Shown here one piece after another: positions 25,017 through 34,729 of a stretch of 64,000 nt of DNA. The notes beneath the pieces were generated by a model. That model was given only the letters and a program-made list of their open reading frames with translations. It searched no databases and had not been told where the DNA came from. The stretch is from an uncultured Eubacteriales bacterium (lineage in GTDB: Bacteria; Bacillota; Clostridia; Oscillospirales; Acutalibacteraceae), in NCBI GenBank assembly GCA_964627535.1, contig CAZVJW010000007.1, forward strand, positions 3,144 to 67,143. The letters run 5' to 3'. Each line of letters begins with the position of its first letter. Position 1 is the first letter of the stretch. The position numbers and the translations under genes are program-made.

Positions 25017-26705
25017 GTGACACAAACACATGATTTTGAAGGGATAGATAAAAATATGATAAATTCATTCTTACCCCAATCAACATGCCAATCCGCCGAA
25101 CGCGCGGTTTCAATATTTACAGCGCGGATACTGGAGCGAAATATCAAGATCTCGCCGGATGGATATTCTGTTCTTTTTGATATAAAAGAGGGGTTGGACT
25201 CGGATGAATTTACTATTACGGACATAGCCAACGGTGCAGAAATTGTTTCCGGCGGTTTGCTCGGGCTGATTCACGGCGCGGGATTCTTCTTGCGCATGAC
25301 GGAATTCAATGGAAACTCGGCTGAACCCTGCAAATGGCATGGGTCGCAAAAACCGAAATGTGCCATCCGGGGAGCTTATTTTGCCTCCCATTTTCATAAT
25401 TTTTACCATGTCGCTGGTATTGAGGAAATCAGCCGTTACATCGAAGACCTCGCTTTATGGGGATATAATTATATCAAAGCTATCTTCCCGATGATTGACA
25501 TAAAAAATGAGAATGACCCGGAATGCGGCGTGCAAATGAACCATCTAAACCAAATATTCGGCATTGTCCACTCCCTCGGCATGAAAGCGGCCACTTCCAT
25601 GAATGTTAACGGCGGGTTCGGCGAATTTCCGCAGAAATACCTGTTTACGCCGCACAAGGACCCTACCGGCCGCAGAGGCAACAGCGGCAATATGATGTGC
25701 CCTTCCATCCCCGGTGCCAACGAACTGATTATGCGCTATAACAAAGATTTTCTTGCCGGCCTTGCAGAAAACCCGCCGGACATGGTGATCACCTGGCCTT
25801 ATGACGAGGGCGGCTGCGCCTGCGAAAAGTGCTACCCCTGGGGCGGGAACGGCTTTATCAAATATTCAAAGCAAACCTTTGAAATCGCGCGCGCTCTTAA
25901 CCCTGCAGTTGTCAGATGTGTTTCCACCTGGTGCTTTGACACCCCGTATGAGGGCGAATGGGAAGCGCTCAGCCGTTCGCTCAAAGAGGAAAAATGGTGT
26001 GATTGCATTTTGGCCGATGCACATGAAGATTTCCCGAGCTATCCGCTTGAAAACGAAAGTCCCGGCGGGCTGCCAATCATCAACTTCCCGGAAATCAGCA
26101 TGTGGGGGCTTTATCCCTGGGGCGGCTGGGGAGCAACGGCGCTGCCCGAACGGTTCACAAGGCTGTGGAGCCAGGCATCGCGCATTTTGTGCGGCGGCTT
26201 TGTGTATTCCGAGGGTATTTATGAGGATATCAACAAAGCCGTCGTATCGCAGCTTTATTGGCACGGCGAAGCGGACTGGCAGGAGACGCTGCGGCAATAC
26301 GCACGGTATGAACTCGGCATGAAGGACGCGGCGGATTTTATCGAAATAATTTCATTGTTTGATAAAACACAAAGTGTTGTTGTTGAAAAAGGTTTTTGTG
26401 ATACGGCGCTTTCCGACAGGGCTTTTGAATTAACGGAGTTGCTTGACGAAAAACTGCCCATATGGGCAAAAAAAGCATGGCGCTGGCGAATTACCTATCT
26501 GCGCGCCTTGATTGACGAAGCCCGTTACAAAATAGCAAAGGAACTGAACACACAAGCAAGTTGGAATGAACTAGAATGGAAAGAGCTTCTCGCAGATAAC
26601 GCTCCGGTTCAGGCCGCGTTCAGGGAAATTATCGAGATTTTCCACTGTATGAAAAAAGATGAGGGCGATCTGTATCACGGCAGGGTCCGGCCGCGGTGTG
26701 AGTAA
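25017..26705 (+). CDS. Hypothetical protein, ~550 aa (possible glycoside-hydrolase-like TIM-barrel)
   Basis: Long clean ORF (GTG at 25017 or ATG at 25056). Trp/Gly-rich blocks (..PWGGNGF.., ..YPWGGWG..) but no confident family call. Confidence 0.5.
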   Translation: MTQTHDFEGIDKNMINSFLPQSTCQSAERAVSIFTARILERNIKISPDGYSVLFDIKEGLDSDEFTITDIANGAEIVSGGLLGLIHGAGFFLRMTEFNGNSAEPCKWHGSQKPKCAIRGAYFASHFHNFYHVAGIEEISRYIEDLALWGYNYIKAIFPMIDIKNENDPECGVQMNHLNQIFGIVHSLGMKAATSMNVNGGFGEFPQKYLFTPHKDPTGRRGNSGNMMCPSIPGANELIMRYNKDFLAGLAENPPDMVITWPYDEGGCACEKCYPWGGNGFIKYSKQTFEIARALNPAVVRCVSTWCFDTPYEGEWEALSRSLKEEKWCDCILADAHEDFPSYPLENESPGGLPIINFPEISMWGLYPWGGWGATALPERFTRLWSQASRILCGGFVYSEGIYEDINKAVVSQLYWHGEADWQETLRQYARYELGMKDAADFIEIISLFDKTQSVVVEKGFCDTALSDRAFELTELLDEKLPIWAKKAWRWRITYLRALIDEARYKIAKELNTQASWNELEWKELLADNAPVQAAFREIIEIFHCMKKDEGDLYHGRVRPRCE

Positions 26706-26784
26706 ATTAGATATTAAATTATTTATATTTCTATTATGGAGTAAAATATTTTGTGCCATAAAGAATAAGTAATTGGATATAAAA

Positions 26785-26815
26785 AAGAAACAATCATCAT
26801 GTAAAGTAGTATTGT
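26785..26815 (+). promoter_or_regulatory. Conserved motif aaaGAAACAAtcatcATGTAAAGTAGTattg upstream of the SGNH gene (shared with 28071-28107)
   Basis: About 22 of 28 identities, including a perfect 12-mer ATGTAAAGTAGT, with the site upstream of the OmpR regulator gene. Confidence 0.45.
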
Positions 26816-26848
26816 TTAAAGGCTTGCTATTGATAAGGGGGTATTCGT

Positions 26849-28015
26849 ATTAAAAAGTTATTTAAAATTATTGCATTGGTTCTGACCGTCTCAGTACTTT
26901 TCTCATCATTTTCTCCACAGACATTTGCTGCAGATAAAAATACAGATAAGATAACCATCTGTATTTATGGCAACAGCTGGGTTTTTACTGGTGATTATGT
27001 TCTCCACCTTGAGGGAGTTTTTAAAAGCAAAGGTATTAGCTGTGAAATTATTCCATTTTACATTGGCGGGTTTGACGGCCTGATACCCAACCAACTAAAA
27101 TTGCTTCAAGAAGACCCCGAACGTCTTGCGCTCCTGAAAAGTGCTGATATTGTTATTGTGGAAGCTATGTATGACCAATACACAAAAGAATTTAACACCT
27201 TCGCTTCTTTGTGTGATGAGGATGCAAAGATCTATGCTATAAATCCGCTGTCCTCTAACGACTCATGCCTTTCATGGGAGTACATGGAATATTATTGGAA
27301 TGATTGGACTGAAAATGATTTAATTTGCAGGTTGTTTAAACAGGTATTTCGTTTACTTTGTTTTATTGATGAACTGGATGCTAAAACAGAAAACAGCTTT
27401 TTTAAGACCATACTCGACGGACTTCGAAATTTAATTGACACAACAATATTCGGAAGATATCTGTACGAAAATAAATACAATTACTATTATTCTTTCTATT
27501 ATTATGAAAAATATTATGGCGTTTCTGATTGGAATTCATTGACAGACTGCCTTGAAAAACTATATGACGAAACAGGTGAATCACATTCAGAGGAGCTTTC
27601 AATGGCTGCAGTTAACAGCATCACCGGATATATCCCGTCCGGGTACATCAATGATGACCTGCTTATAAATGAGGGCTTCGACTCCTATGACTTGCGTGGA
27701 CCAGACAGCGGTCGCCATCCAAACACGCTATCGGGGTATATTGCCGCAATCAGCACTTACAGCATTATCTTCGGCGAATCCGCTTCAAACATCAGTTATA
27801 GACTTAATGATGAAGATCTATGTGCTTTACCGAAAAAAGGTATAAAAAGCAAACTGTCCTCGGATGAAATAATGAATACCGTCCAAAATGTTACGGACGA
27901 AACAATTAAATGGTATGTACAGAAAATGCAAGACTTAAAGAACTCTCTTATATGGGATGAAACCAAGGGGTATTATGTAAAAAGCGAAAACAGCGTTCTG
28001 CCATATATATATTGA
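26849..28015 (+). CDS. Secreted SGNH/GDSL-like hydrolase; probable non-canonical ATT start
   Basis: In-frame extension of track ORF 26876..28015 gives a textbook signal peptide (I/M)KKLFKIIALVLTVSVLFSSFSPQTFA|ADK. RBS AAGGGGG lies 8 nt before the ATT at 26849. Block-I-like ..ICIYGNSW.. and block-V-like ..DSGRHPN.. Confidence 0.5.
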   Translation: MKKLFKIIALVLTVSVLFSSFSPQTFAADKNTDKITICIYGNSWVFTGDYVLHLEGVFKSKGISCEIIPFYIGGFDGLIPNQLKLLQEDPERLALLKSADIVIVEAMYDQYTKEFNTFASLCDEDAKIYAINPLSSNDSCLSWEYMEYYWNDWTENDLICRLFKQVFRLLCFIDELDAKTENSFFKTILDGLRNLIDTTIFGRYLYENKYNYYYSFYYYEKYYGVSDWNSLTDCLEKLYDETGESHSEELSMAAVNSITGYIPSGYINDDLLINEGFDSYDLRGPDSGRHPNTLSGYIAAISTYSIIFGESASNISYRLNDEDLCALPKKGIKSKLSSDEIMNTVQNVTDETIKWYVQKMQDLKNSLIWDETKGYYVKSENSVLPYIY

Positions 28016-28070
28016 TCTATGATATGACGGTTATTATGATTGTGTCAAAAAGAAAAAGGTTTTGGACACA

Positions 28071-28107
28071 AAAAGGAAACAACTTCGATGTAAAGTAGTG
28101 CTATTCG
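28071..28107 (+). promoter_or_regulatory. Second copy of the GAAACAA...ATGTAAAGTAGT motif, ~115 nt upstream of the response-regulator gene
   Basis: aaaagGAAACAActtcgATGTAAAGTAGTgctattcg. Confidence 0.45.
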
Positions 28108-28219
28108 AATTATTCATTTCTATTTTACATGAGGTTTTTTGCATCTTCGATTCTTATTTGACCACAGTTGATACATCAGTGTGGATTCATGTTTAATAAA
28201 TACATCGGGGGAAGCTGTT

Positions 28220-28891
28220 ATGAGTTACAGAATATTGATGGTTGAAGATGACTCGCGGTACATGAAGCTCGTTTCGGACTATTTCAGAAAAAACGGTTTC
28301 TTTGTTACCTGCGCCGAAAACGGCGACAAGGCATTGCAGATATTTGCAAACGAGGATTTCGACGCTGTTCTGCTCGATGTGATGATGCCGGGAGTAGATG
28401 GATATTATGTATGCAAAAGGCTGCGTGAAACCAGCAATGTTCCGATTCTGTTTGTTACGGCCAGGGGTGATCTGAGCGACACCGAGTACGGCTTTCGCCT
28501 GGGCGCGGATGACTATATTGTTAAACCGTATTCCGAAAGAGTTCTGCTGCTGAAGGTGCAGGCACTGATTGACCGGGCGCAGGGCGCGCTGGTCTCGGGC
28601 AATGTGATAGAGCTCTGTGGTATATACCTTGACAAGGAAACGCACAGAGCAACGGTTGATGGCGAGGAAATTCAGCTCACGCCGAAACTCTTTTCCATGC
28701 TGCTGTTGCTGATGGAACACAAGGGGAAGGTGCTTTCCCGGGAGCAGTTGCTCGACCGGGTGTGGGGTTACGACTTTTTCGGCGACGCAAGAGTGGTGGA
28801 CACACATATCGCAAAGTTGAGGAAAGCACTCGGAAAAAGTGAAGACCATATAGAAACCATCCCGAAATTAGGCTACAAGTTCGAAGAATAA
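28220..28891 (+). CDS. OmpR-family response regulator
   Basis: MSYRILMVEDD.. receiver domain; C-terminal winged helix (..ETIPKLGYKFEE). Start set at the ATG with RBS GGGGGAAG. Confidence 0.9.
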   Translation: MSYRILMVEDDSRYMKLVSDYFRKNGFFVTCAENGDKALQIFANEDFDAVLLDVMMPGVDGYYVCKRLRETSNVPILFVTARGDLSDTEYGFRLGADDYIVKPYSERVLLLKVQALIDRAQGALVSGNVIELCGIYLDKETHRATVDGEEIQLTPKLFSMLLLLMEHKGKVLSREQLLDRVWGYDFFGDARVVDTHIAKLRKALGKSEDHIETIPKLGYKFEE

Positions 28892-28941
28892 ATGCTGCCC
28901 GGTTCCGATCATCAAGCTTTTCAAGAGAGGAATGCTGTGTT

Positions 28942-30834
28942 ATGAAAATGAAGCGTAAACAAAAATTCGCGATGAAAACCGCAAATGAGAGTCAAGCTCA
29001 AAGGTATTACTATAAGCGTATCAAAATCGGATCCTTGCTGCTTTGTGTATTGTATCTTATAACCTGCGGTACGGCTGTCGTGTTGGGAATTGACAGTTCA
29101 AAACAAGACATGTATAAACTGTATAATAATGCCACATATTACACGAATATATTTAATTTAACGACGGGGTATGGTTTGGATGTTTCTTCGGAATCCGCCT
29201 TTCCGAAATATGATTTGCCAAGCTTCGTTACTCAATATGCTTATGACCAAACACTGTCAAATACAATTAAGGGCAGAGGCAAGCGTTTGCGCGTGAGTCC
29301 TTGCGCGGCAATCTTTGACAGTGATATGAACTTCGTATCATCAAGTCTCTGTTCTATGTTGTTTTTCAAGGAAGTCTTGAAAAATGACGGAACAGTGGGC
29401 CGATTGGAACCGTATGGTATGGTATCAGCTCCTATTCCCTTTCAGACCGCAGAGGAATGTGCGCAATTTACAGAAGAGATTAGCACAGCCCTCGATGCCG
29501 GCAGTCAAGTAACAGCTGAGGGTTATGCATACGAGCATGTTATATTTCCTGATTCGGTAACAAGCAAATGGAATTCTCCTCCACGTTACGGTTCTATACC
29601 ATCTCTTTATCCCGAATCTGTAACAATCGAGGGGAAAGACGGCAGCAAGAAAACAATTAAACTGCCGACGGATTATGATTTGCCCTTCGGAATGCCAAAT
29701 ACCTCTTTCTCCTGCTGTGGTGCAGTTAAAAGCTTTCCGTTTAATACTGAAGCATCCGCGCTTTCCTCGAAATATCTAAATAAAAGCACGATCGAAAATT
29801 ATGAGAGCATATCAAAAGAATTTGAAGCAAAGTCAAATGTGTTCAAGTCCTATTATCTTTGTGTTGAAAAAATCTCACTTACTCCGCTTGGGCATTCCGG
29901 AAAATACAACATGAGTGAACTTTACGGCTTAACATCAAATCATCCTCAAAACACTAATCCATATTATAATAGTGAAAGTTTTAAAACGCTCCCGAGTGAA
30001 GATTATTATGTTGTTTCCTTAGGCAGCTATTCGCCGTTTTGGTTGGGGATTAAACAGGTCGAAACCTATTCATCCGTTAACTTTATGAATATGACCTTAA
30101 TCCTTTTTGCGGGGATACTTCTCCTAACTGTCTCCATGCTTGCGCTGCTGAAAAAGAGACTCAGGCAAATTGAACAAAACCGGAAAGATTTGATTATGTC
30201 CATTGCCCACGAGATGAAAACGCCGTTCGGAATTGTGCGGCTTTACGGGGAAAAAATCCTCATTACCCCGGACCCCGAGGCTAAAGAGGACTTCGCCAAC
30301 GACATGATGGAAGAAATTGATGAAATGAACTCCCTGCTGCAAAATATACTCGACGCTTCCCGGCTTGACAGCGGCAGTTTAAAGCTCAACAAAACCTCTT
30401 TCTTGATGAATGATGCCGTTGAGGATGTTATGGAGGGTTATGCGCCGCTGGCCGAAGATAAAAACATCAAACTGTCGCTCAGCGCAGCCGGACAATTTCC
30501 GGTTGATGCGGACAATTACCGGATGAAGCAGGTAATTTCCAACCTTCTTTCAAATGCGGTAAAGAACACTCCCGAAAACGGCAAGATCGATATCACAATC
30601 AAGAAGGATGGCAAGAATACCGCTGTAACGGTGAAAAACACCGGCAAGCCGATTCCAAAGGAAAAAATCCATCATATTTGGGATGCATTCTATAAGCATG
30701 ATGAGAATGCGGACAATTCTAAAAGCGGAGCGGGCCTCGGGCTGTCGATTGTCAAAAGCATTATTTTGCTCCATGGCGGCTATTGCGGTGTTGAAAATAA
30801 AGCTGACGGGGTTGAATTTTGGATTCGTATTTGA
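28942..30834 (+). CDS. Sensor histidine kinase with a ~330-aa extracytoplasmic domain between two TM helices
   Basis: HisKA H-box ..SIAHEMKTPF..; HATPase_c ..GAGLGLSIVKSII.. Confidence 0.85.
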   Translation: MKMKRKQKFAMKTANESQAQRYYYKRIKIGSLLLCVLYLITCGTAVVLGIDSSKQDMYKLYNNATYYTNIFNLTTGYGLDVSSESAFPKYDLPSFVTQYAYDQTLSNTIKGRGKRLRVSPCAAIFDSDMNFVSSSLCSMLFFKEVLKNDGTVGRLEPYGMVSAPIPFQTAEECAQFTEEISTALDAGSQVTAEGYAYEHVIFPDSVTSKWNSPPRYGSIPSLYPESVTIEGKDGSKKTIKLPTDYDLPFGMPNTSFSCCGAVKSFPFNTEASALSSKYLNKSTIENYESISKEFEAKSNVFKSYYLCVEKISLTPLGHSGKYNMSELYGLTSNHPQNTNPYYNSESFKTLPSEDYYVVSLGSYSPFWLGIKQVETYSSVNFMNMTLILFAGILLLTVSMLALLKKRLRQIEQNRKDLIMSIAHEMKTPFGIVRLYGEKILITPDPEAKEDFANDMMEEIDEMNSLLQNILDASRLDSGSLKLNKTSFLMNDAVEDVMEGYAPLAEDKNIKLSLSAAGQFPVDADNYRMKQVISNLLSNAVKNTPENGKIDITIKKDGKNTAVTVKNTGKPIPKEKIHHIWDAFYKHDENADNSKSGAGLGLSIVKSIILLHGGYCGVENKADGVEFWIRI

Positions 30835-30983
30835 TAACAAGTAAATCAAAAAAATTATTCGCAAACTTCTCCATAAACAAATATATTTTTTTAAAATATT
30901 GTTTTTGCTGCTCAACAAGAGTAAAATAATTAGCATAGTATTTAAATTAATAGTAAATATTTTAAACAAAAGGAGCGATATTC

Positions 30984-33017
30984 GTGTCTGATTTTTTAAC
31001 AATCATCTTCTATGTTGTCGGCGCTCTGGTATTCCTGTATCTGTTCATCTTCAAGGTTTTAGGGCTGAGGGTCATCGCCTCAAACGAGGTTGCGGTTATT
31101 GAAAAATGGTGGAGTATGAAAGGCTCGCTGAAGGACGCGATTATCGCGCTCAACGGTGAAGCGGGCTTTTCACCCGACCTGCTTCGCGGCGGCATCCATT
31201 TTAAGTCAGTCTTCATGTACAAAATTCACAAATATCCGCTGATAACAATCCCGCAAGGTCAAATAGCTTATGTTTTTGCGAAAGACGGCACCCCCTTGAA
31301 CCCCAGCCAAACACTGGGCAAGGTGGTTCCTGAAGCCAACAATTTTCAAAGTGTACGCGGCTTTCTTCAAAACGGAGGGCAAAGGGGCCCCCAAAGAGGA
31401 ATCATCAGAGAAGGTACCTATGCAATCAATTTAGCGCAGTTTATTGTCATTACACCAACTGCCATCAAATCCGTCAATACAGGCGACAGGCAGGAGCAGA
31501 GCCAAATTATCACTATGCAGCAAACGCTTGCTATGAGAGAAGCATTCAGCCCGGTTGTTATTATGGGCAACAAAGAAAACTCTTCGAGCGACATCATGGG
31601 CATCGTAACCGTGCACGACGGTCCTTCACTCCCGCAGGGTGAGATTATCGCGCCGAGTGTCGGGCAGGAACACGCGAGTTTCCAGGATCCCGAAAAATTT
31701 TTAGCGCTTAACGGTAAACGAGGCAAGCAAATTGAGGTCTTGACAGACGGTACTTACTATATCAACAGGCTTTTCGCCACTATTGAGTACAGACCAAAAA
31801 CCGTTGTGCCCATCGGGTTTGTCGGCGTTGTGGTTTCCTTCTTCGGTAAAGAAGGCGTTGATACAACCGGCGAAGAGTACAAACACGGCGAGCTTGTGGG
31901 CGAAGGCTGCAAGGGCGTGCTTGAAAAACCGCTGATGCCCGGTAAATACGCCTTCAATACGGACGCCGGCAAAGTGGTTCTTGTCCCAACTACCAACATC
32001 ATCCTGAAATGGAACAAGAGCGAAACCGGCGACCATAAATACGACGAAAACCTGACGGAAGTCGACATCATCACCAAGGACGCTTTCGAGCCTTCTCTGC
32101 CACTGTCGGTTGTTATGCATATCGACTATAAGCAGGCCCCATGGGTGATTCAACGCTTCGGCGACATCAATATGCTCGTCAACCAATCCCTTGACCCGCT
32201 GGTCGGCGCTTATTTCAAGGATGTCGCGCAGACAAAGACTTTAATCGAATTGATTCAGGAGCGCAGCGCTATCCGCGAAAGAGCGGTTTCCGAGATGAGG
32301 GAAAAATTCGCCAAATATAACCTTCAGCTTGAAGAAGTCCTCATCGGTACACCAAAATCTCCGGTAACGGATATTATGATTGAAAACATCTTAACCCAGC
32401 TTCGCGAGAGGCAGATAGCGGAAGAAAAGAAAGTTACCTACCAAAAGCAGCAGTCCGCAGCCGAGAGCGAGAAGTCCCTGCGCGAAGCGGAAGCCGTAGC
32501 GGCTCAGCAGGGTCTGCTGACAGAATCAAAGATTAAGATTGATGTTGAGAGAAACAGCGGTGCCGCGCTTGCCAGCAAGGCGGAGCAGGAAGCCAACCAG
32601 ATTATCGCGCTTGCGCGTGCTAACGCGACTAAGGTAAGACTTGAAGGCGAGGCGGATGCTTCGAAAGAATCCAACGTCGGTTTGGCAAGAGCGCAGGCTA
32701 TCGACGCACAGGTAAAAGCTTACGGCGGCGCGCAATACAGAGTTATCCAGGAAGTTGTTGACAAACTTTCCGATGCCATTAAGAATTCGAGCGTTGATAT
32801 CGTGCCGAAAACTGTTGTCAATATGGGCGGCAATTCGGACAGTGACGGCAACGGCAGCAGCACGGTATTAGATACACTGCTGAAGTTCATTACCATCGAA
32901 AAACTCGGCGTTTCGCTTCAGAATCCTCCCGAGCCGACAGCGCCTTACGAAGCACAGGAACCGATTGCAATACCTTCCAAAGAAGAACCGACGGCTTCCG
33001 AAGAAATGAAAAAGTAA
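30984..33017 (+). CDS. Flotillin-family (SPFH/band-7) membrane protein, 677 aa
   Basis: N-terminal TM helix; SPFH-like region; long Ala/Glu/Gln-rich coiled coil (..EAEAVAAQQGLLTESKIKIDVERNSGAALASKAEQEANQIIALARANA..). GTG start with RBS AAGGAG. Confidence 0.6.
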   Translation: MSDFLTIIFYVVGALVFLYLFIFKVLGLRVIASNEVAVIEKWWSMKGSLKDAIIALNGEAGFSPDLLRGGIHFKSVFMYKIHKYPLITIPQGQIAYVFAKDGTPLNPSQTLGKVVPEANNFQSVRGFLQNGGQRGPQRGIIREGTYAINLAQFIVITPTAIKSVNTGDRQEQSQIITMQQTLAMREAFSPVVIMGNKENSSSDIMGIVTVHDGPSLPQGEIIAPSVGQEHASFQDPEKFLALNGKRGKQIEVLTDGTYYINRLFATIEYRPKTVVPIGFVGVVVSFFGKEGVDTTGEEYKHGELVGEGCKGVLEKPLMPGKYAFNTDAGKVVLVPTTNIILKWNKSETGDHKYDENLTEVDIITKDAFEPSLPLSVVMHIDYKQAPWVIQRFGDINMLVNQSLDPLVGAYFKDVAQTKTLIELIQERSAIRERAVSEMREKFAKYNLQLEEVLIGTPKSPVTDIMIENILTQLRERQIAEEKKVTYQKQQSAAESEKSLREAEAVAAQQGLLTESKIKIDVERNSGAALASKAEQEANQIIALARANATKVRLEGEADASKESNVGLARAQAIDAQVKAYGGAQYRVIQEVVDKLSDAIKNSSVDIVPKTVVNMGGNSDSDGNGSSTVLDTLLKFITIEKLGVSLQNPPEPTAPYEAQEPIAIPSKEEPTASEEMKK

Positions 33018-33041
33018 ATCAAGTCAACCAGAAAAGCATAG

Positions 33042-33077
33042 CCCCCAAGCGAAAAGGAAAACGCTTGGGGGTTATTT
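33042..33077 (+). terminator. Rho-independent terminator (cccccaagcg...cgcttggggg + T-rich tail)
   Basis: 10-bp GC stem followed by TTATTT. Confidence 0.7.
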
Positions 33078-33252
33078 GATAGATCGTCCGCTTTTTAATA
33101 TACTTATTTCGTAAGATAGAGAGTGACAAACAGGATTTTATTAATGCTACGAATCGTTGCTTGCTACAAAGCGATTCTTGATTGCCACAATGCAAAGAGA
33201 TAAGCTGTAATTGCGGCAGAGAAGCTGTAATACATATAAGGAGTTAAATATT

Positions 33253-33882
33253 ATGACTTTAGGTGAAAAAATCAAAGATGCAAGATAACAAAATGGCTTG
33301 ACTCAGGATGAGTTTGCAAACAAGCAGATGGTATCCAGACAAGCTGTTACCAAATGGGAAGCAGACAAAGGAATTCCTGATGTTGAAAATCTGATGTTGC
33401 TGTCTTCGGTTCTTGGTATCAGCATAGACTATCTGCTTTCCGATGAAGAAGTAACCGAAAAATTAGTCATACATGAAAAAATCGACCTTGCGGCTTACGG
33501 TAAAGGCAGCAAGAAGAAAAAGAAAGATTACATTGTGAAAGAAAAATATCCAAATGCAGTAATTCACACATTAATGATTATTCAAAAAAACTCCCAAACG
33601 GAGAAAGTTATCGACAATGTGCTTGGATTTGTATTTCTTGCCCCGTTTGGTATTCCAGGCTTTATTAATTCGACTAAACATATAGGCAAGGAGTTTTATC
33701 TTGTGAACTATGGTGAAAAGCAGTTACTTGTAATGGTCACTGATGAATTTATCGAAAGTCGGGAAATGACACGGAAACGGTTGAATCAGAAAGGTGAGAA
33801 GTTTGAAATCGGACTATATCGCTTTACAAACTACGGACCAATCGCTGGAAACACAATGGGACGGACGGTTCTACCGCGTTGA
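33253..33882 (+). pseudogene. XRE-family HTH regulator with C-terminal domain, interrupted by an in-frame TAA at codon 12 (33286-33288)
   Basis: The ATG at 33253 gives MTLGEKIKDAR*QNGLTQDEFANKQMVSRQAVTKWE.., a canonical HTH_XRE N-terminus. The track ORF 33298..33882 is the in-phase remainder. Confidence 0.75.
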
Positions 33883-34060
33883 TTAAAACCTTTGAAGTTA
33901 CCATGCGATAGAATTTACAAAATATTTGATCGGGGGACGGAGTTCTTGACACGCATGTCGACAGCCCTGTTCCCCTTTAAAAGTTTCTGAATCAGTCACG
34001 AAAACGTAAGACGAAGGCGGTAAAATATAGACATAAGAGAAAGGAAAGGAACAGAATTAG

Positions 34061-34729
34061 ATGGGTATATTGTCATCAAAGAACTTAATTAAAATTTACG
34101 GTAAAGAAACCAACGAGGTTCATGCTCTTGACGGTGTGACCGTTGATATTGAGGAGGGTGAATTTGTGGCCATTATCGGAACGTCCGGCAGCGGCAAGTC
34201 CACGCTTCTGAATATGCTCGGGGGACTTGACCGACCAACATCGGGTGATGTTACAGTAAGAGGAAAAAACATATTTGCCATGAAAGACGATGAGCTTACA
34301 ATCTTTCGCCGCCGAAATATTGGCTTCGTATTTCAAAACTATAATCTTGTGCCGGTTTTGAATGTTTATGAAAATATCGTGCTGCCTATTGAATTGGACG
34401 GAGTGAGAGTCGATAAAGAATATATTGGCGAAATTATCAAAACTCTGAATCTGGAGAGCAAGCTGAACAATATGCCGAACAATTTATCCGGCGGTCAGCA
34501 ACAGCGGGTGGCTATTGCCCGGGCGCTTTCCACAAAGCCGGCGCTTGTTTTAGCCGATGAACCGACGGGCAACCTTGACAGCAAAACAGGGCTGGAAGTT
34601 ATCCTGCTGATGCAAGCAACGAGTAAGCGGTTCCATCAGACAATTGTCATGATTACGCACAACGAGGAACTGGCGCAAATGGCGGACCGGATTATCCGCA
34701 TTGAGGATGGCAGGGTGGTGTATCAATGA
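34061..34729 (+). CDS. ABC transporter ATP-binding protein (MacB/BceA-like)
   Basis: Walker [10 protein letters not shown], signature [15 protein letters not shown], Walker [13 protein letters not shown]. Confidence 0.9.
   Translation: MGILSSKNLIKIYGKETNEVHALDGVTVDIEEGEFVAIIGTSGSGKSTLLNMLGGLDRPTSGDVTVRGKNIFAMKDDELTIFRRRNIGFVFQNYNLVPVLNVYENIVLPIELDGVRVDKEYIGEIIKTLNLESKLNNMPNNLSGGQQQRVAIARALSTKPALVLADEPTGNLDSKTGLEVILLMQATSKRFHQTIVMITHNEELAQMADRIIRIEDGRVVYQ

Noticed and set aside
4434-33288. Reassigned TAA codon (alternative genetic code) explaining the three in-frame TAAs
   Set aside because: TAA terminates most well-supported genes here (for example AOR, arsC, ant(6), AraC, the kinase and the regulator). 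TGA and TAG are also used as stops.
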